From Lama guanicoe (taxonomy: Eukaryota), in NCBI GenBank assembly GCA_013239625.1, contig MU053379.1, forward strand, positions 4,049,229 through 4,113,228: a DNA stretch of 64,000 nucleotides, written 5' to 3'. A program made the translations under genes and the position numbers. Positions within the stretch are counted from its first letter, which is position 1. The number at the start of each line of letters is the position of its first letter. The notes under the pieces were generated by a model. It made no database searches and was not told the DNA's origin. It was given only the letters and a program-made list of their open reading frames with translations. Below are positions 24,296 through 37,049 of the stretch, piece by piece.

Positions 24296-25707
24296 AGGTA
24301 CGTCACATTGATTAGCACACCTGGTTCTCAAACTGTGACTTAACATTACCGTTAGCTCGGTTGACAGGACGTTAATAATACTACTAATGACCTGCCAGGG
24401 CCACAGAACGAGGGAGCGCACAGGTGGGGCTGCAACTGCAGTCTGTCCCTTGAACTTGGGTAGGCGGGCCAGGCGGCTGCTCAGGGGGTGGGGCTTCAGC
24501 GGCCCCGGGAGCCCCCGAGAAGCAGCCTTCTCCTCACCGCACCGCCCCAGCATCTGGCAGAGAAGAGGCACCTTTACACGCATGTGCAGGAGGAAAGGGT
24601 GAATGTTAAACAGCCTTGAAACACTTGGGCTGGGGCTTAACTCGAACCAGAAGCAGCTCAACAACAACGAGAAAAGTTGTGAAAAATCAGCTTCATAAAG
24701 TCTTTCCGTAAAAATGCGCCGAGTGCCTGTCACACGCTTGACGTCTTGCTGGCACCAGAGGAACAACGGTGAAACCAGAGGCTCCCCCAGCCCAGGGTAG
24801 GTTGAATGAGCCGTGCCGGGCTGTCCGTCCCCAGGGCCCGTCCTCCAGGTGGTGCCCGGCAGCCGGCCTGGCCGCGGTCCGCCGAGGGCTGTGCCGTCGC
24901 CCGGGAGGGGACCACAGCCACCCTTCCTCTTCCCGCAAGTCATCCATGCAAACCCATCCTCTTCCCCTGTGGCCGTAACAGGTGAAGGTCTCAGAGAGTT
25001 ATGATGCAACGAAATCAAACCGAGGGGATAAAGTTTCAGGCGAATTCTGAGTCACCAGATCAGGTTTCTAAGAGTTGAAAACACGGTGAAAATGTCCCCC
25101 TTAAACCACCGGGAACTGCAGTCACTTCCTGCAGCTCCGAGGTGCCGCGCAGCCCCAAGCTGCCCACTGTTTCTGGGGGAGGGGTTTCTCTGTAAGCGCC
25201 TCTCCTTGCCCTCCGTCTGCATTTCCCAATGTACTGGCCAGAGACCCGCGTTGCCTTTGAATTGAAGGAGATTGTGCAGACATGTCCTCTTCCACCCGCC
25301 TTGGGCGTGGCGTGTGGCCACGGCGATGAGTAAGTTCACATTTCACGGCGAGGCGGTGAGGGACCCTCCCGGGGCTCTCCCACCTCCTGCCCCCACCGCA
25401 GGGGGCGGCTGCGGGCGGGCGGGGTCTCAACTCCCGGGAACAGCCCGCAGGTCTCCGCTGTGGAGGCCGGGGCGGAGAGGATCCACTTCCCCCGGCCTCC
25501 ATGTCCCCATCTGTGCCCCGTCTCCCAAAGGAGACATTTCTGAGAGTGAAGAGGACACCGTAGGAACGACCCTGGGACAGCTAGCAGCTGCGCTGTCCTG
25601 GGTAAACCTCCGTTTGGCGTCACCCCGGTCCCCGGGGACTGCCGGGCCCTCCTGGCTGGAACATCTGAGATGGTGGGACGTGAGCCTCTCTTCTGTACCC
25701 CACAAAG

Positions 25708-26075
25708 CCTGAGCGAGCTGCATGAGGCCTCAGACATCGCCAACGTCCGGCTGCAAAGGAGGAGTGAGCTCCCAGGGGCCGGCTCCGTTTCCGATGGAGA
25801 CGTCATCCGTGTGGTCCACCCGGTGTAACAGCGGAGGGACGTAAAGACTTCTTCGCCGGGTCTGTGCAGCTCTTTCAGAGCCTTCGAGACTTTGGAAAAG
25901 GCCTTGTGCAATTACGTGGCCCTTAATACCCAGATAATGGAGCCGTGAAAGATGTCTGTTTGCATGTCGTAGAATTAAACTGTATGCAGCTATTTATTTT
26001 TTGCCTTAATTGTTTGAGCTTGTTTCTAATGTAAACTGTTGTAATTTTAAATAAATATAATAGAAAAAACTTTCA
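25708..26075 (+). other. Candidate terminal exon plus AT-rich 3' UTR
   Basis: Pyrimidine tract ctctcttctgtaccccacaaAG, a 39-codon open frame to TAA at 25826-25828 (LSELHEASDIANVRLQRRSELPGAGSVSDGDVIRVVHPV), ATTAAA at 25974 and AATAAA at 26050. Confidence 0.3.
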
Positions 26076-26784
26076 TAGGTATCAAGAATCCAGAGTAAAT
26101 TTACTTTGCAAATAGGCTTTGAAGGTATGTTTCATGCGGAGGATCTCAAACTGACACTTTCATTCAAAAATATTTCGAATTACTCACTGTTTGCCTCTCT
26201 GAGGTCAGATGGATTTCGAGGAGGCTGGGTTCCACGCTGGAGCCAGGGTGACTTCACCTCCTTTGGAATCCTGAGACCTGGGAGACCCAGAGCATCACTT
26301 AGCCGGCAGGTGGGAGGTGCATTCTGGGCTGACTTTTGTTAAGTACATTGAACTTTGCGCTTTCATTTTTACGTCCTTTCTTCATTCTGGTTCCATGATA
26401 CGTGCCTGATTCCTTCTCCCGCGGTCACGCCGCGCCCCTACTCAAAATCTGTTAGCTTGACATTGTCAGAGGCTTTAGATATTTGGGGCGATGAGGCAAG
26501 TTATGGTATACGAATACATTTGCTAATATTTAACTCATCAAGACAAGCCAAACACACAACTGTTTAAATTCCAACGTTGTGAGTCTCTCTGATGCGATTC
26601 CCATACAACTCCAGACACCCCCTCGGTGAGCGTGAAGGCAGCAGCTGACGTGGAAATGGTTCCCGTGGTTTCGGGGCGTCAGCGGGGCACGTCCCGTCAC
26701 GTTCCCTTTCATCGACGGGCTGCATCGTGGTTGTATTCCTTCGGTGTCGCTGGGTCACGGTGGCACAGGTCATCGGGGGACGCA

Positions 26785-27000
26785 CTCTGAGACCAGGTGC
26801 AAACTGTAGCTCTTCCGTTTACCAGCTGTGTGACCTCAGCACGTCCCCTGCCCTCTCTGTGCTTCAGCTTCCTTACGTGAAGAACGAGAATCGTGGAACA
26901 CCTAAGTCATGGGGGAAGGGGCTGTTCGTTTGTTAATGAGAACTGAATGCATTCATGTATTTTAAATACTTGAAATGGTACCTGACACATGGTTAGAAAT
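26785..27000 (+). mobile_element. MIR SINE
   Basis: ttaccagctgtgtgacctcagc...ctctctgtgcttcagcttcctta...tggtacctgacacatgg. Confidence 0.75.
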
Positions 27001-27134
27001 ATACAGCTTATCTCTAGGGTAACGTTTTGTTTTGAAATAAGTCCAGGTTTACAAAAAAGCTGTAAAAATGTACAGAGAACGTCTGTAAATTGTTCCCCAC
27101 TTGTTAATATTTTGACGTCTTTGTTTAGATAACA

Positions 27135-27255
27135 TGTTACTGTTTTGTTGCTATGTAACCACCTACCACAGATTCAGCAACTGAAACCGGTGCACATTTA
27201 TTACCCACTGTTTCCAGGGGTCAGGGGTCAAGGGTCCAGGTATGGGTCTGCTGGG
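27135..27255. mobile_element. MLT1 (MaLR) LTR fragment
   Basis: ttgttgctatgtaaccacctaccacaga...cacatttattacccactgtttccaggggtcagg resembles a recalled MLT1 end. Confidence 0.6.
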
Positions 27256-27399
27256 ACAAAGACTCTTGTCTTCAAAGTTGTCCTAAAAGGTCAGACAAAC
27301 TGCATGCTGCTCCCACAGATCACAGCATCCACGGGGGCTGGGAGACGCCCTGAGCATCCTCCTTCTTGGGGTACCACTGGAATCCCCCAGGGAACCAGG

Positions 27400-27540
27400 G
27401 AAAAGGCATGTCTTGTCTCGACCCAAGAGATTCTGAGGGTCAGCATCACACGGGTCTTGGCAGAACCCAAGGATCTGTACTTTTAAAAAGCCCTCCAGCC
27501 CCTGGAACTTTGATGATCACCAGGCTTGGAACCAGCGCTG
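27400..27540. mobile_element. MER5-like DNA transposon fragment
   Basis: agagattctga...cccaaggatctgtactttttaaaaagccctccag...gatgatcaccaggcttggaaccagcgc. Confidence 0.5.
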
Positions 27541-28926
27541 CCTGAATCCTCCGTCAGTCGGGGCCGACCTCAGCGTCACGCAGGTGGGAGGGCTCCCTGC
27601 TCACTCTACACCAGCCAGAGAATGATGTCCGGGCGGGGCCACGACAAGCCCAGAGCGTCAGGCATGATGACCAAGGTCGCACGTCACGTGGTGTCTGGGA
27701 TCCTTCAGTCCAGCTCCTCTGGACAAGTTTAGCGAATGAACTTGGACCCCCTGGCGACCTCCTGCCTCAGTAGAGGTGAAAGTTGAGAGGTGGGCCCCCT
27801 GTAGGTCCCGAGGTCCCGGATGACAAGACATTTTGTCATTCCACAGGAGACGGGAGACGGCAGTAGTCTACCCGTGGAGGAGGAAGGCGGTGATGGTCAC
27901 AGAGAAACGCTGGTGCCTGGGGCCCTCGCGCTCCCAGCAGGGCTATGGGCACTGGCGGAGGAGGGGCGGGAAAGCCGGTGGGGTGTGGGGCACAAAGCCA
28001 GTCACTCTGTTAACTGTGGGCGATTCAGGGCGTGTTTGACCTTAGGGTCTGTTTGAGGGCGAAGAAATCCCCTTCAACAGAGAGGGAAGACGGCAACGCA
28101 GTTGCTTCAGATTTTTTAAAAATGAGGCTAGCGTGGAAAATACGCCGCCCGTTTTGTAAGACAGGGAGAAACAGCTGCATTTTAATGGTCTTTCGTGTGT
28201 GCTGGGAAAATCCCGGAAGTTTCTAGAAGATGCTGAAAGCACAGAGGGCCCAGTCAGAGGCACGGGGCCTCGGCAGGCGGGTGGGCAGGGATGAGGAGCA
28301 GATATTTTTATTCTGTCTTCTGATATTTTCAGGGTTTTGAACCATGTGGTTTTGTGGCTTATTCAAACATTTTAGACGTTTGGAGACCTCCGCACGATGC
28401 TGGCTTGTCTTACCATCTGCTGAGAAAACACCTGAAGAGAGACGGCTCCTGCGAACTCAGCAAAGCGTTTGCACCGACCGGATTTTCTCAGCTCCGGCAG
28501 CGGGCAGCTCTGTTTGGAGCAGAGCAGGGCCCGTCAGCGCCAGCCGTGCGACTTGTCCAGGCTGTGGCTGCTGCGTGCAGCCCAGGTGGACGCGAGGACC
28601 TTTGTCACGGCTCCGCCACAGCCCGGGACCCCCGGCCCCCTGACGTCCCTAGATTCCTGTCCTGTCCGCAGAGCCCAGCGCGGAACAACTTCATTCACTT
28701 TAGTTACTGCCCCTAATCCTTACACCTTGCAATAGTTGCAAAGGAGCTGGTGTGATGCTTAAAAAGACCTCAGGGGTCGGGCCCCCCGTTTCCCCGGGGC
28801 ACGGGGGCGAGCTGGTCTCCTTTGCGGTCCTGCACACGCTGGCAGAGCAGACCTCTCATTCTTCACTTGTGTCCACGTGTCCCGTGCTCTCTGCTGCACT
28901 GTTAGTATGTCCACAAAGGCGTTTTG

Positions 28927-29021
28927 TCATTGTTGCTTTTGAGCGGAGGTCCTCAGGGTCGAACCCAGGACCTCGTGCACACCGCGTCCGCGCTCTGCCG
29001 CTGAGCTCTTTCCCGCCCCCA
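28927..29021 (-). mobile_element. tRNA-derived SINE with 17-bp TSD
   Basis: Antisense gtcgaacccaggacctcgtgca...gctgagct; TSD TCCACAAAGGCGTTTTG (28910-28926) / TCCACAAAAGCGTTTTG (29022-29038). Confidence 0.88.
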
Positions 29022-29742
29022 TCCACAAAAGCGTTTTGGAGTTCAGCATTCTGGGCAGATACAGCCCCACTGGCAGCTCCTCAGGCCCGCCCTTTGCCCC
29101 GTGGTGCCCTCCTCGGACCACACGCAGCAGTGCGTGTGTCACACGTGAAGGCAGTGTGCACTCAGCCCCACCTGGAGCATCACAGGCACTTCAGTGGATC
29201 AAAGACTCTAGAAAGCCCTGAGTCAAGTAGTGTTCAGCTCTGTGTAAACCAGCATCTCCCAGATTCACTGACCGCTGAACCCTTGTTTTCAGAGCACTCG
29301 CTAAATTACAACAGTCACTCAGGCCCCGTCCCACTTGCCAGCAGCGCCCTCCGTCCCGGGAGCGCCCTGCGCGGCGAGCGCCGTCAGGCTTCCCGGGCAC
29401 TTGGGGATGCCGTCCTCGGCCTCGCGCACTGCAGCCACTCTGTGCCCTCACCCACATCCGGGGGCGGCAGCTCGAGTCGGTGTAGTTACAGATCTATTAA
29501 TACTTCCTTAGTCACCAGGCGGCATTTGTTTTCCAGGTATTTCCACAAACCACGGCGGCTGGGGCCCAGTTCTCTCTGGCTTATGGAAAGGGACTCGCTC
29601 TCCTAAGACAGCTCGTCAAAGTGAGTGAAAAGCCCAGGGGTTTCTCAGCCCTGCTCTCCTGTCCTGGCAGGAGGTTCGATGCATGTGGGAATCCCATTTT
29701 AAAGGCAGGAAAGTGGTGAAGGAGAATTTCAACCGGGACTCG

Positions 29743-29812
29743 GTGCGTGTGTGCATGTGCATGTGTGTGCATGTGTGTGCGTGCATGTTTGTGCGTGCTT
29801 GTGCGTGTGTGC
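29743..29812. repeat. Imperfect (TG/CG/CA)n microsatellite
   Basis: Largely alternating purine-pyrimidine tract. Confidence 0.85.
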
Positions 29813-31519
29813 TGTTTCTCCAGGTCTGTTCAGTGGGTCGCTTTAACTGGGAAGAAGAAAGGCGCGGTGAAGTCTTCCCGTGGATTCTGATCTTCCGTGA
29901 GAACAGCTGCTAGGGTGTCCCCCTTCCGGGAACGGCCATCCCGGTGCCCGGCGCGCAACGCCAGGCTCGCAGAGGCAGGCGGTCCCTGAAGCCGGCAGGC
30001 AGCCCCGCCCCTGCCAACAGCGCCCGTTCGGGGTAACGGACCTGCTCTCTGTTTCGCTTTCCTTCTGCGTGCGGGCGAGCCTGCACCCCGCAGCCCGCAG
30101 CCCGCAGCCCGCCGCGCACGCCTGAAAGCTGGGCACCCGGCAGCGTCGCATAAGCTCCGCGCGCCCCTCCTCCCTCCCTTCTCCCTCTCTTCATCTCCAC
30201 CGCTCCCACCCTGTCCCCTGCCCCCAGCCCCTCCGCTGGCTCTGGAGCCGGGGCCCCTCCTTGTCCCCAGGATGAGACGATGAGACATCCACAAACTGAG
30301 GGTGGTTCAGGGCACGTGGCAGCATCTGCCCCCCCACCCCGTCTCCACCGCACAACCCTCCCTGGTAGGACAGTAGAGCTAAGTCGATTTTGGGGGTCAA
30401 AACTCCATGTGGACACGCACCGCGCAGGGCCGGGAGAGGCTGCCCCGCATGCCATGCAGCGCTCGCCGCCACGCGCCTTTCTCCCCGCCTTCAGGTGGCA
30501 CCCTGTGACTGCCGTGCACGCGCGCTCCTCTCCCACTCCAATTAGTATTCACTGTGCAAAAGTAAGAAAATTCCTTCATTATGCTGGTGCCGGCGGCGAG
30601 CTGATAATTAAGGCGGTGCAGCAGCCTTTCCATTAAAAACCCCGTCTCTCCCCGCTGGGCTGGGCTCAGCAATTACTGCCTCCCGGTGAGGCCTTCACCT
30701 CAGGACGCTCTCAGATAAACCCTGCATTTCGCTTCTAGAGGGTCTGTCTTCTTCCTAATTACACGCGACCAGTCTGCTCCAAGGATTTTTATTTTCTCCA
30801 CGTGACCAAAAAGGACCTGGGACTTTAGCTAGGTTTTTGTCATCTCGGCAAGATATCACTTTGCATTGAAATAACATGCAAAATGTGAACGCTATTTCCA
30901 TAGAATAGTGAGAGGAATGTCAACGTTTGACTTCTGAGATCTGTTTTCCCAGAGATGTGTGTGCTTTACCTTCCTTCCAATCAACTTCCTTTTTTTCTCT
31001 TGGTCTTGGGTCAGATCTCCCACAATCAGGCAAAACTAACTTCTGAGACAGTCACCCAGAAGAACCTCATCCAAGTGTGTTCCGCTGGGGATTTCCTAAA
31101 TGATCGCTTCATTTCTTTACTGGACTTTTTCAGTGGAAACTTGCTCATGAAATTAACGCAGAGGGGAGACTTCGCCTCCCGGGCTCCCAGCCGCCGGAGC
31201 CCAGGACAGTGCCTGGGAGTGGCGCTCCGCATGCTCCCCAGGCCAGACGCCTCGTTTTCCAGGACAGTGCCCGTTTCTTACCACCCTTTGGGGTCTCCAG
31301 TCTGTTATATGAAGCCGGCATATTTTCACGCCCTGCTTCTGCATGGGCTCCCCCAGAAATCCCCAGTCAACGCGGGCTTCCTGCTGTGTGTGCAGAAGCC
31401 CCTTCCTGTACAATCATGACGATCGACCGACCGTTACCCGAACGTTTTCTGTTTTACTCTCTGGGGGGTCGTCATCAAAGCTGGGTTTGGTGAATTAACT
31501 TAAAATAGTAAAATCATAG

Positions 31520-31676
31520 TTTTTAAAAAATGACATTGTTTTTGCTCACCTTTTTAAAACATTGGGGGTAATTAGGCTTATTTACTTATTTACTTGTTTT
31601 CATGGAGGGACCGGGGATTGAACCCAGGACCTCGTGCCTGCCAGGCATGCACGCTGTCACAGCTACACCCTCCCCC
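31520..31676 (-). mobile_element. tRNA-derived SINE with TSD
   Basis: gggggtaattagg tail, ggggattgaacccaggacc B box, agctacaccctcccc head; TSD TAAAATCATAG (31509-31519) / TAAAGTCATAG (31677-31687). Confidence 0.9.
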
Positions 31677-32687
31677 TAAAGTCATAGGTGTGAATCAGTG
31701 GGCAGGTTTCTCTACTCTGTGCTGACTCCCTGACCTGGGCGAGACGTTCCAGGCGTGCACGTGAGCTGATCGCACACCAGAGGGGTGCCTGAGAGGTCAG
31801 CAGCCTCCCCGTCGCTGCGACTTGTGTTAAATGACAACAGTTCGCTTCGCTGAAGAGACTCAGGCCTGAGGTTAGAGCACAAGCAGGTCATAGTTCTAAG
31901 AAGCCAGGCCCTAGGGTCTGTGCCTCTGAGGAGCCCTGAGAGGTTCGCACAGAGGCCGTGCGCCCTGGGGCTGGAGCGGGGGCCAGAGAGAGGCGTGCGG
32001 TGTCCCGGGGTACGTCTCAGGCGCTGGGACGGAGACCCCGGGAGCACGGACAGAGGCCAGGCATCCGTCTGTCATGGTGGGGCATCCCGAGCGTCACCAC
32101 TTTTGTTCACACTTCTTGTCGAATAGTAAGTTGGATTTGCATTTTCCTTTTTTCAGTTTCAAAGGCTGGCCTGGATTTGAGCGGCAGGTGGCTCACGGGG
32201 GAGGTTGGGACAACACGGGGCGCAGGGGCCCCGGGGCGCTGCTCCGTGGGCAAGAAGCCCCCACCTCCTGGCAGGCAGCCTGGGAGCAGCCCCCTCGGAC
32301 GAGCAGGGACGGGTCTGTGGCTATGCTTGGGGGAAGGGCTAAACTTTCACACGCTCCGTTGCAACCATAAGACACAGGTATTGCCTGCAACATCCCCCCC
32401 ACATCTCAGATGCTCACATTTCCACAGTGATCAGACACGGGGCTCAACCTGTGACCCCAGCTCCCAGGGAGAGCAGCAGCTTTGAACGTGAACCTTCTGG
32501 AAGCATCAGCCCTGCTCCCAGCCAGAGCAAAGTGATGGCCATTCCCTCCTGGCACCTCCTGGTGGACGCACGGGTGAGCAGAGCCAGGGATGGAGGGAGA
32601 TGGATGCCGGAAGGACGACGAGCCGCCCACACACCGTGGTGCCTGCTTCTCCCTCTGACCATCCTGACGTCCCAAAGCTGTGCGGAG

Positions 32688-33070
32688 CGTCACACCAAGT
32701 GAGGCAAGTCCGACAGAGAGACACACGCCATGTGATATCATTTACGTGTGCAATCTGAAAGATGACACAAATGAACAAAAGCCAGAAATAGACTCAGACA
32801 CGGAAAATAAACTATGGCTACCAAAGGGGAAAGGAGGGGCAAGTTAGGAGTTTGGAAGTTGCCGCTGCACACACTGTGTATAAAACAGACAAACCGCAAG
32901 GTCCTGCTGCACAGCTCAGGGAGCTACCTTCAGTATCTTGTACTAGCCTATAATGGGAAAGAATCTGAAAAAGGATGTGCATGTATGTATCTGTGCAGTT
33001 GAATCACTTTGCTGTGCTCCCAAAACAAACACAACAGTGTAAACTAACTGTACTTCAATGAAAAAAGAAA
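32688..33070 (+). mobile_element. LINE-1 3' UTR fragment
   Basis: aagtgaggcaagtc...gatatcatttac...caaggtcctgctgcacagctcagggagcta...ctgtacttcaatgaaaaaa. Confidence 0.88.
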
Positions 33071-33484
33071 TATATCACATAAAGAGAAAATAAACTTAGA
33101 CACAATTATCATGTGAAAAAATGAAACATGACTAAAATACAGAAGAACTAGAAGAAAATTGCAAAAAAAAAAAGAACCCTGAAATTAAAATCAATTTGAA
33201 TACAGAAAAAAGAAGGGGAGGAGACTCACTGCTGTGCAGCTGACACAGATGTGGAAAACAAGTCCCTTCTCTCCCTGGTGTCAGCTTCAGACCACAACCG
33301 CCGTTTCTCAACGTTAAAGAAAAAAAAAAGACAACTGGAGTTTGAAATAGCAATTTAAATGAAAGCCAAGATGGACCAGGGGGCTTCCTCTGGGTGAGGC
33401 GTGGCAGACGGAAGAAACGGCAGAGGAGGAGCAGAGCTGCGGAGACGAAGGCTGTCCGGAGGGCGGGGGCTTGCCTGGGCCCGC

Positions 33485-33965
33485 GCAGCAGAGCTCGGAG
33501 ACGATGGTACCTTCCAGAATGTCACAATACGGCAAGTTTCACAATAAAGCGACTGCCTGGTTTCCCGGTGCACACGCAGGTGTTACCTTCATGCTCTGCT
33601 GTGGTCTGTTCAGTGTGCAATAGCATGATGTGTGAAAACACAGTGTACACCCCTTACCTTAAAAATGCTTTGTTGCTGAAAAATGCCAACCATCATCTGA
33701 GCCTTCAATGAGCTGCAACCTTTCTGCAGCAGTGACAGCAACGCTCACGGATCAAAGATCACCATCACGACTATAATAACAATGAAAAAGCTTGAAGTAC
33801 TGCGAGAATTACCAAAACGTGGCGCAGAAACGTGGAGTGAGCAGATGCGGTTGGAAAAAAGGAGCCAACAGACTTGCTTGACGCAGGGTCGCCACACACC
33901 CTCCATTTGTGTGAAATGCAATAGCTTCGAGGCTCAGTAAAGTGCAGGAAAACGAGGCGTGGCCG
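33485..33965 (-). mobile_element. Internally deleted Tigger1 DNA transposon
   Basis: Both Tigger1 ends present (cacaataaagcga...gtgtgcaatagcat...catcatctgagccttca and gcgagaattaccaaaa...agacttgcttgacgcagggtcgccaca), with no transposase between them. Confidence 0.85.
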
Positions 33966-34399
33966 CGAGGAAGGGCACTGAGTCCAGGCTGTTTCCCTGG
34001 AGCCTGGTAGCATCACTGGCTGGTCAGTTAGAGAAGGTCAGAGAAAGAAAAAAAAAATCTATCTTTAGGGGGGAGTTTGGGATAAACTCCGTTATTCACT
34101 GAAGCAAGTGGGACCAGAAACTAGGAAACATGACATTTCAGAGTTTAAGTGTCTGCAGGAAGGGTAATTTTCAACTGGAAACATCAATGTGAAAAAGTGG
34201 AACCACTGTTAAAGCTTGTAACAAGGTGATTTTACGACAAAACCATGTCTATGACGAAATCTACCTGTAGCCTTAAGTTGCTTAAGTATTAAAAAAAAAT
34301 GAATTGTGCCCACCTTCCCAGTGGAGGAGAGGTCCCAAAGGGTAGTAATGAAAAGCATGTTGTTCTCTAAGCCAAAAATGGACTTGACCCCCCTCCCTA

Positions 34400-34720
34400 C
34401 CAGACAAACTTCTATTCATCCTTTAAGACCCGACTTCCCATGTCCCACGCCCTCTGGGGGAGCTTATTCAATTCTCCCCTCGCGTGGAAACTCCCGTTGG
34501 CAGTTTTGCCCGCACTCCCTCCTGGGGAAGTGATTGCTGGGTTAGGAAGCTGTTCTTCCCGCCGGACTGAGGTCTTCAGGGCCAGACTTCACTCATCTTC
34601 ACACCTGCAGGGCCAGGTACCAGCCTTAGTTTAGGTGACATCACGGGCTGCTGGCTAAGGGGTGGGTCAGTGCAGGCTCGGATGCTCCCCGGCTGGCCCT
34701 TCACACTCGAGTGGTTATGA
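34400..34720 (+). mobile_element. L2 LINE 3' fragment
   Basis: cttctattcatcctttaagaccc...ggactgaggtcttcagggccagac resembles an L2 3' end. Confidence 0.5.
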
Positions 34721-37049
34721 ACAAATCTCTGATGGCAGAACATCAGAAAGTTTGCCTTGCGGCTGCCACAGACACTGTTGGCCCGCATCCACACAGTAAC
34801 CTAGTTTGAAGAGAATGCCCAGAAACCGAGGTGTGTTCCAGGACGAGTGCCTAAAACTCACTGGGGTGGGGGAGGACCAGCCTGGCTGAGGCTCTCGTTC
34901 CCTCGTTCGCCCGGGGTGCAGGCCGCCCCTGTGGCTGCTCAGTTACGGGAAGCATCCGGTGGCTGAGACGCGGTCAGTCGGCGGCGGCAGCCGTCTCCTA
35001 GGAGACCACACGTCAAGGACCTGCTGAATCACGAGCTTCCGCTGGGTAACAATGAACTTCTCTGACCAGACGTAGGAGGACTGGGCTGGAGCAGATACCT
35101 GGCACCCACCTGCGCTGCCCCAGCTGAGACCGAGAGAAGGAAAAGGGAAAACGTGCGACTTGACTCACCGAGGATTTACTTTCACAGGAGTTGCTTCCAA
35201 GGGAGTAACGTGTTCTCGGGTCAGAAGATGCCATCAGACCTTTCCTCTCGCTTGTTTTTCACAGAGGTTCTCTTACCCTTCGTGTTTCTTCTTGTCACGA
35301 ATGAAACCCACCCGCTCTCAGTGTCTGCTGCGGGGACACACTGGTCGCCTTTTGAGTAGAAAGTAAATGCAACGCCACATCTTCTAAATGAGGGCAGCTT
35401 TATAACTCTCTACCCTGAAAAATAAAAAAGCTGAAGTGCAATGAGAGGCAAGGAGTAATCACGGGCTAGTTCCATGAAACTCGAGGAAAATGTTCAACAA
35501 CGTAGAGAAAATAAACTGGGAGCTTGGCGAGGATAACGTTTGTGGCTGACGTTTAAACATAAACTCAGACCCTGTTTCCGATTCCTCACCGTGCTCCTCT
35601 GACGTAGGCGCGGGCACTGTCTACGACACCCGGGGTCATTAACGCTCCGAGCCCCTGCAGAGCGTTGGAGCAAGGAGCAGCGCGGGTTCGGGGGCTCTTA
35701 TCACAGCTCGACCTACTGAATGATGCTTAAGCCTGTATTTGAAATTCCACATTTTTGCAGCCTGAAGTGTAAAGAATCATTCTGATAGGAGAGATCTGAA
35801 GGGCAGGAGTAGCCAGTGGGCCAACTCGAAGGAGGACAAGCAAGAAAGACTCAACCAGAATGCCGATCAGCAATCGCTGGCAGAATCTCACCCGGTGCTG
35901 GACCACAAGGTTGAAACTAAATGACTTAGGAAAATAAAACTAGTTAGAAACTATAAAACAAATGTGCCTTCAGAAACATCTTTGTGCACCTCCCTCCCCC
36001 TGCCTGGAGCTTTCATCTTGGGCTCCCTTCTCCTCAGACCCTAAACTATAAACCCTGCGTGAAGCTCATGGAAAATCCAGGCATCAGAGTGCTCCTGACA
36101 TAACCCTCCCACCCTTAATCTCAGCTCTCGGACTCTTTGCTTAAATTGGAACATGGGCTCCACTGATTCCTAGAGGGAGACTTCTCGATGACCACCAGAG
36201 ATGCTGTAAGGACATACTGCAGCAGCAGATGGGTAGACGAGCTGCAATCAGATAACACAGTTGCTCATTCAGTGCCATTCTGAATATGTGTTCTGTTCCC
36301 CATGAAACTGACTGATTTTACGAAATTCACGTTTTCTCAGCAGATTGATTATGCGCTCTTGTGTGCTGTAACATACTGAGACATCACACAGAAGGCCATC
36401 TAGACAGTTTATACCTGTAAAGTATGAAAGGGTTTTTGTTTTCAAAATTGTATTTAATGCCGTTGGGGAAAGGCTTGCTGTGTATTATTAAGGGAACGAA
36501 GGAGACAAACAAAGTCTACCTACAATGTGACATTAAATCTATAAAATTGTATATGTGCCTATTTATGCATCTACGTGCTAAGAGTCGCGACATCTCAGCT
36601 GTATTTGCAAAGTATCACGTGTTGCCTGTGCAAACCGAAAAGAATCAGGAAACACAATACTCCCTGATTTTAAGGAGCTACCAAGAAAATCACGACATGG
36701 AAATGCCTGAAACTCTGTTTATATTCAAGAATCTGAATGGCTCATGGCATAGCGATGCACAATTATGAATTTAGTAAATCTTCGATTTACTAAAGTGTAC
36801 TGAAATTCTGTCTGTGTTTAACAACAACGACAAAAATGATTTGTTTCAGCCCATCCAAATGTAACACGAGGTCACCTGCACAACAATACAAGAACAAAAG
36901 GAAAAGAACGTTAGCTATTTCAGGAAATTTTGAAAATTTGGTCCTTCTGCAAGAGTCACTCCGAATGTGAAACTTCGGACAGGATTTGTGAGTCAGAAAC
37001 GGCCTGGTTTATCAAGGAAGAAAAACCGTGACGTGAAGTCCAGCCTCTG

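Noticed and set aside
28752..29606. 284-aa ORF
   Set aside because: Non-ATG start, reads through an antisense SINE, and has no recognisable domain; expected by chance in GC-rich DNA.
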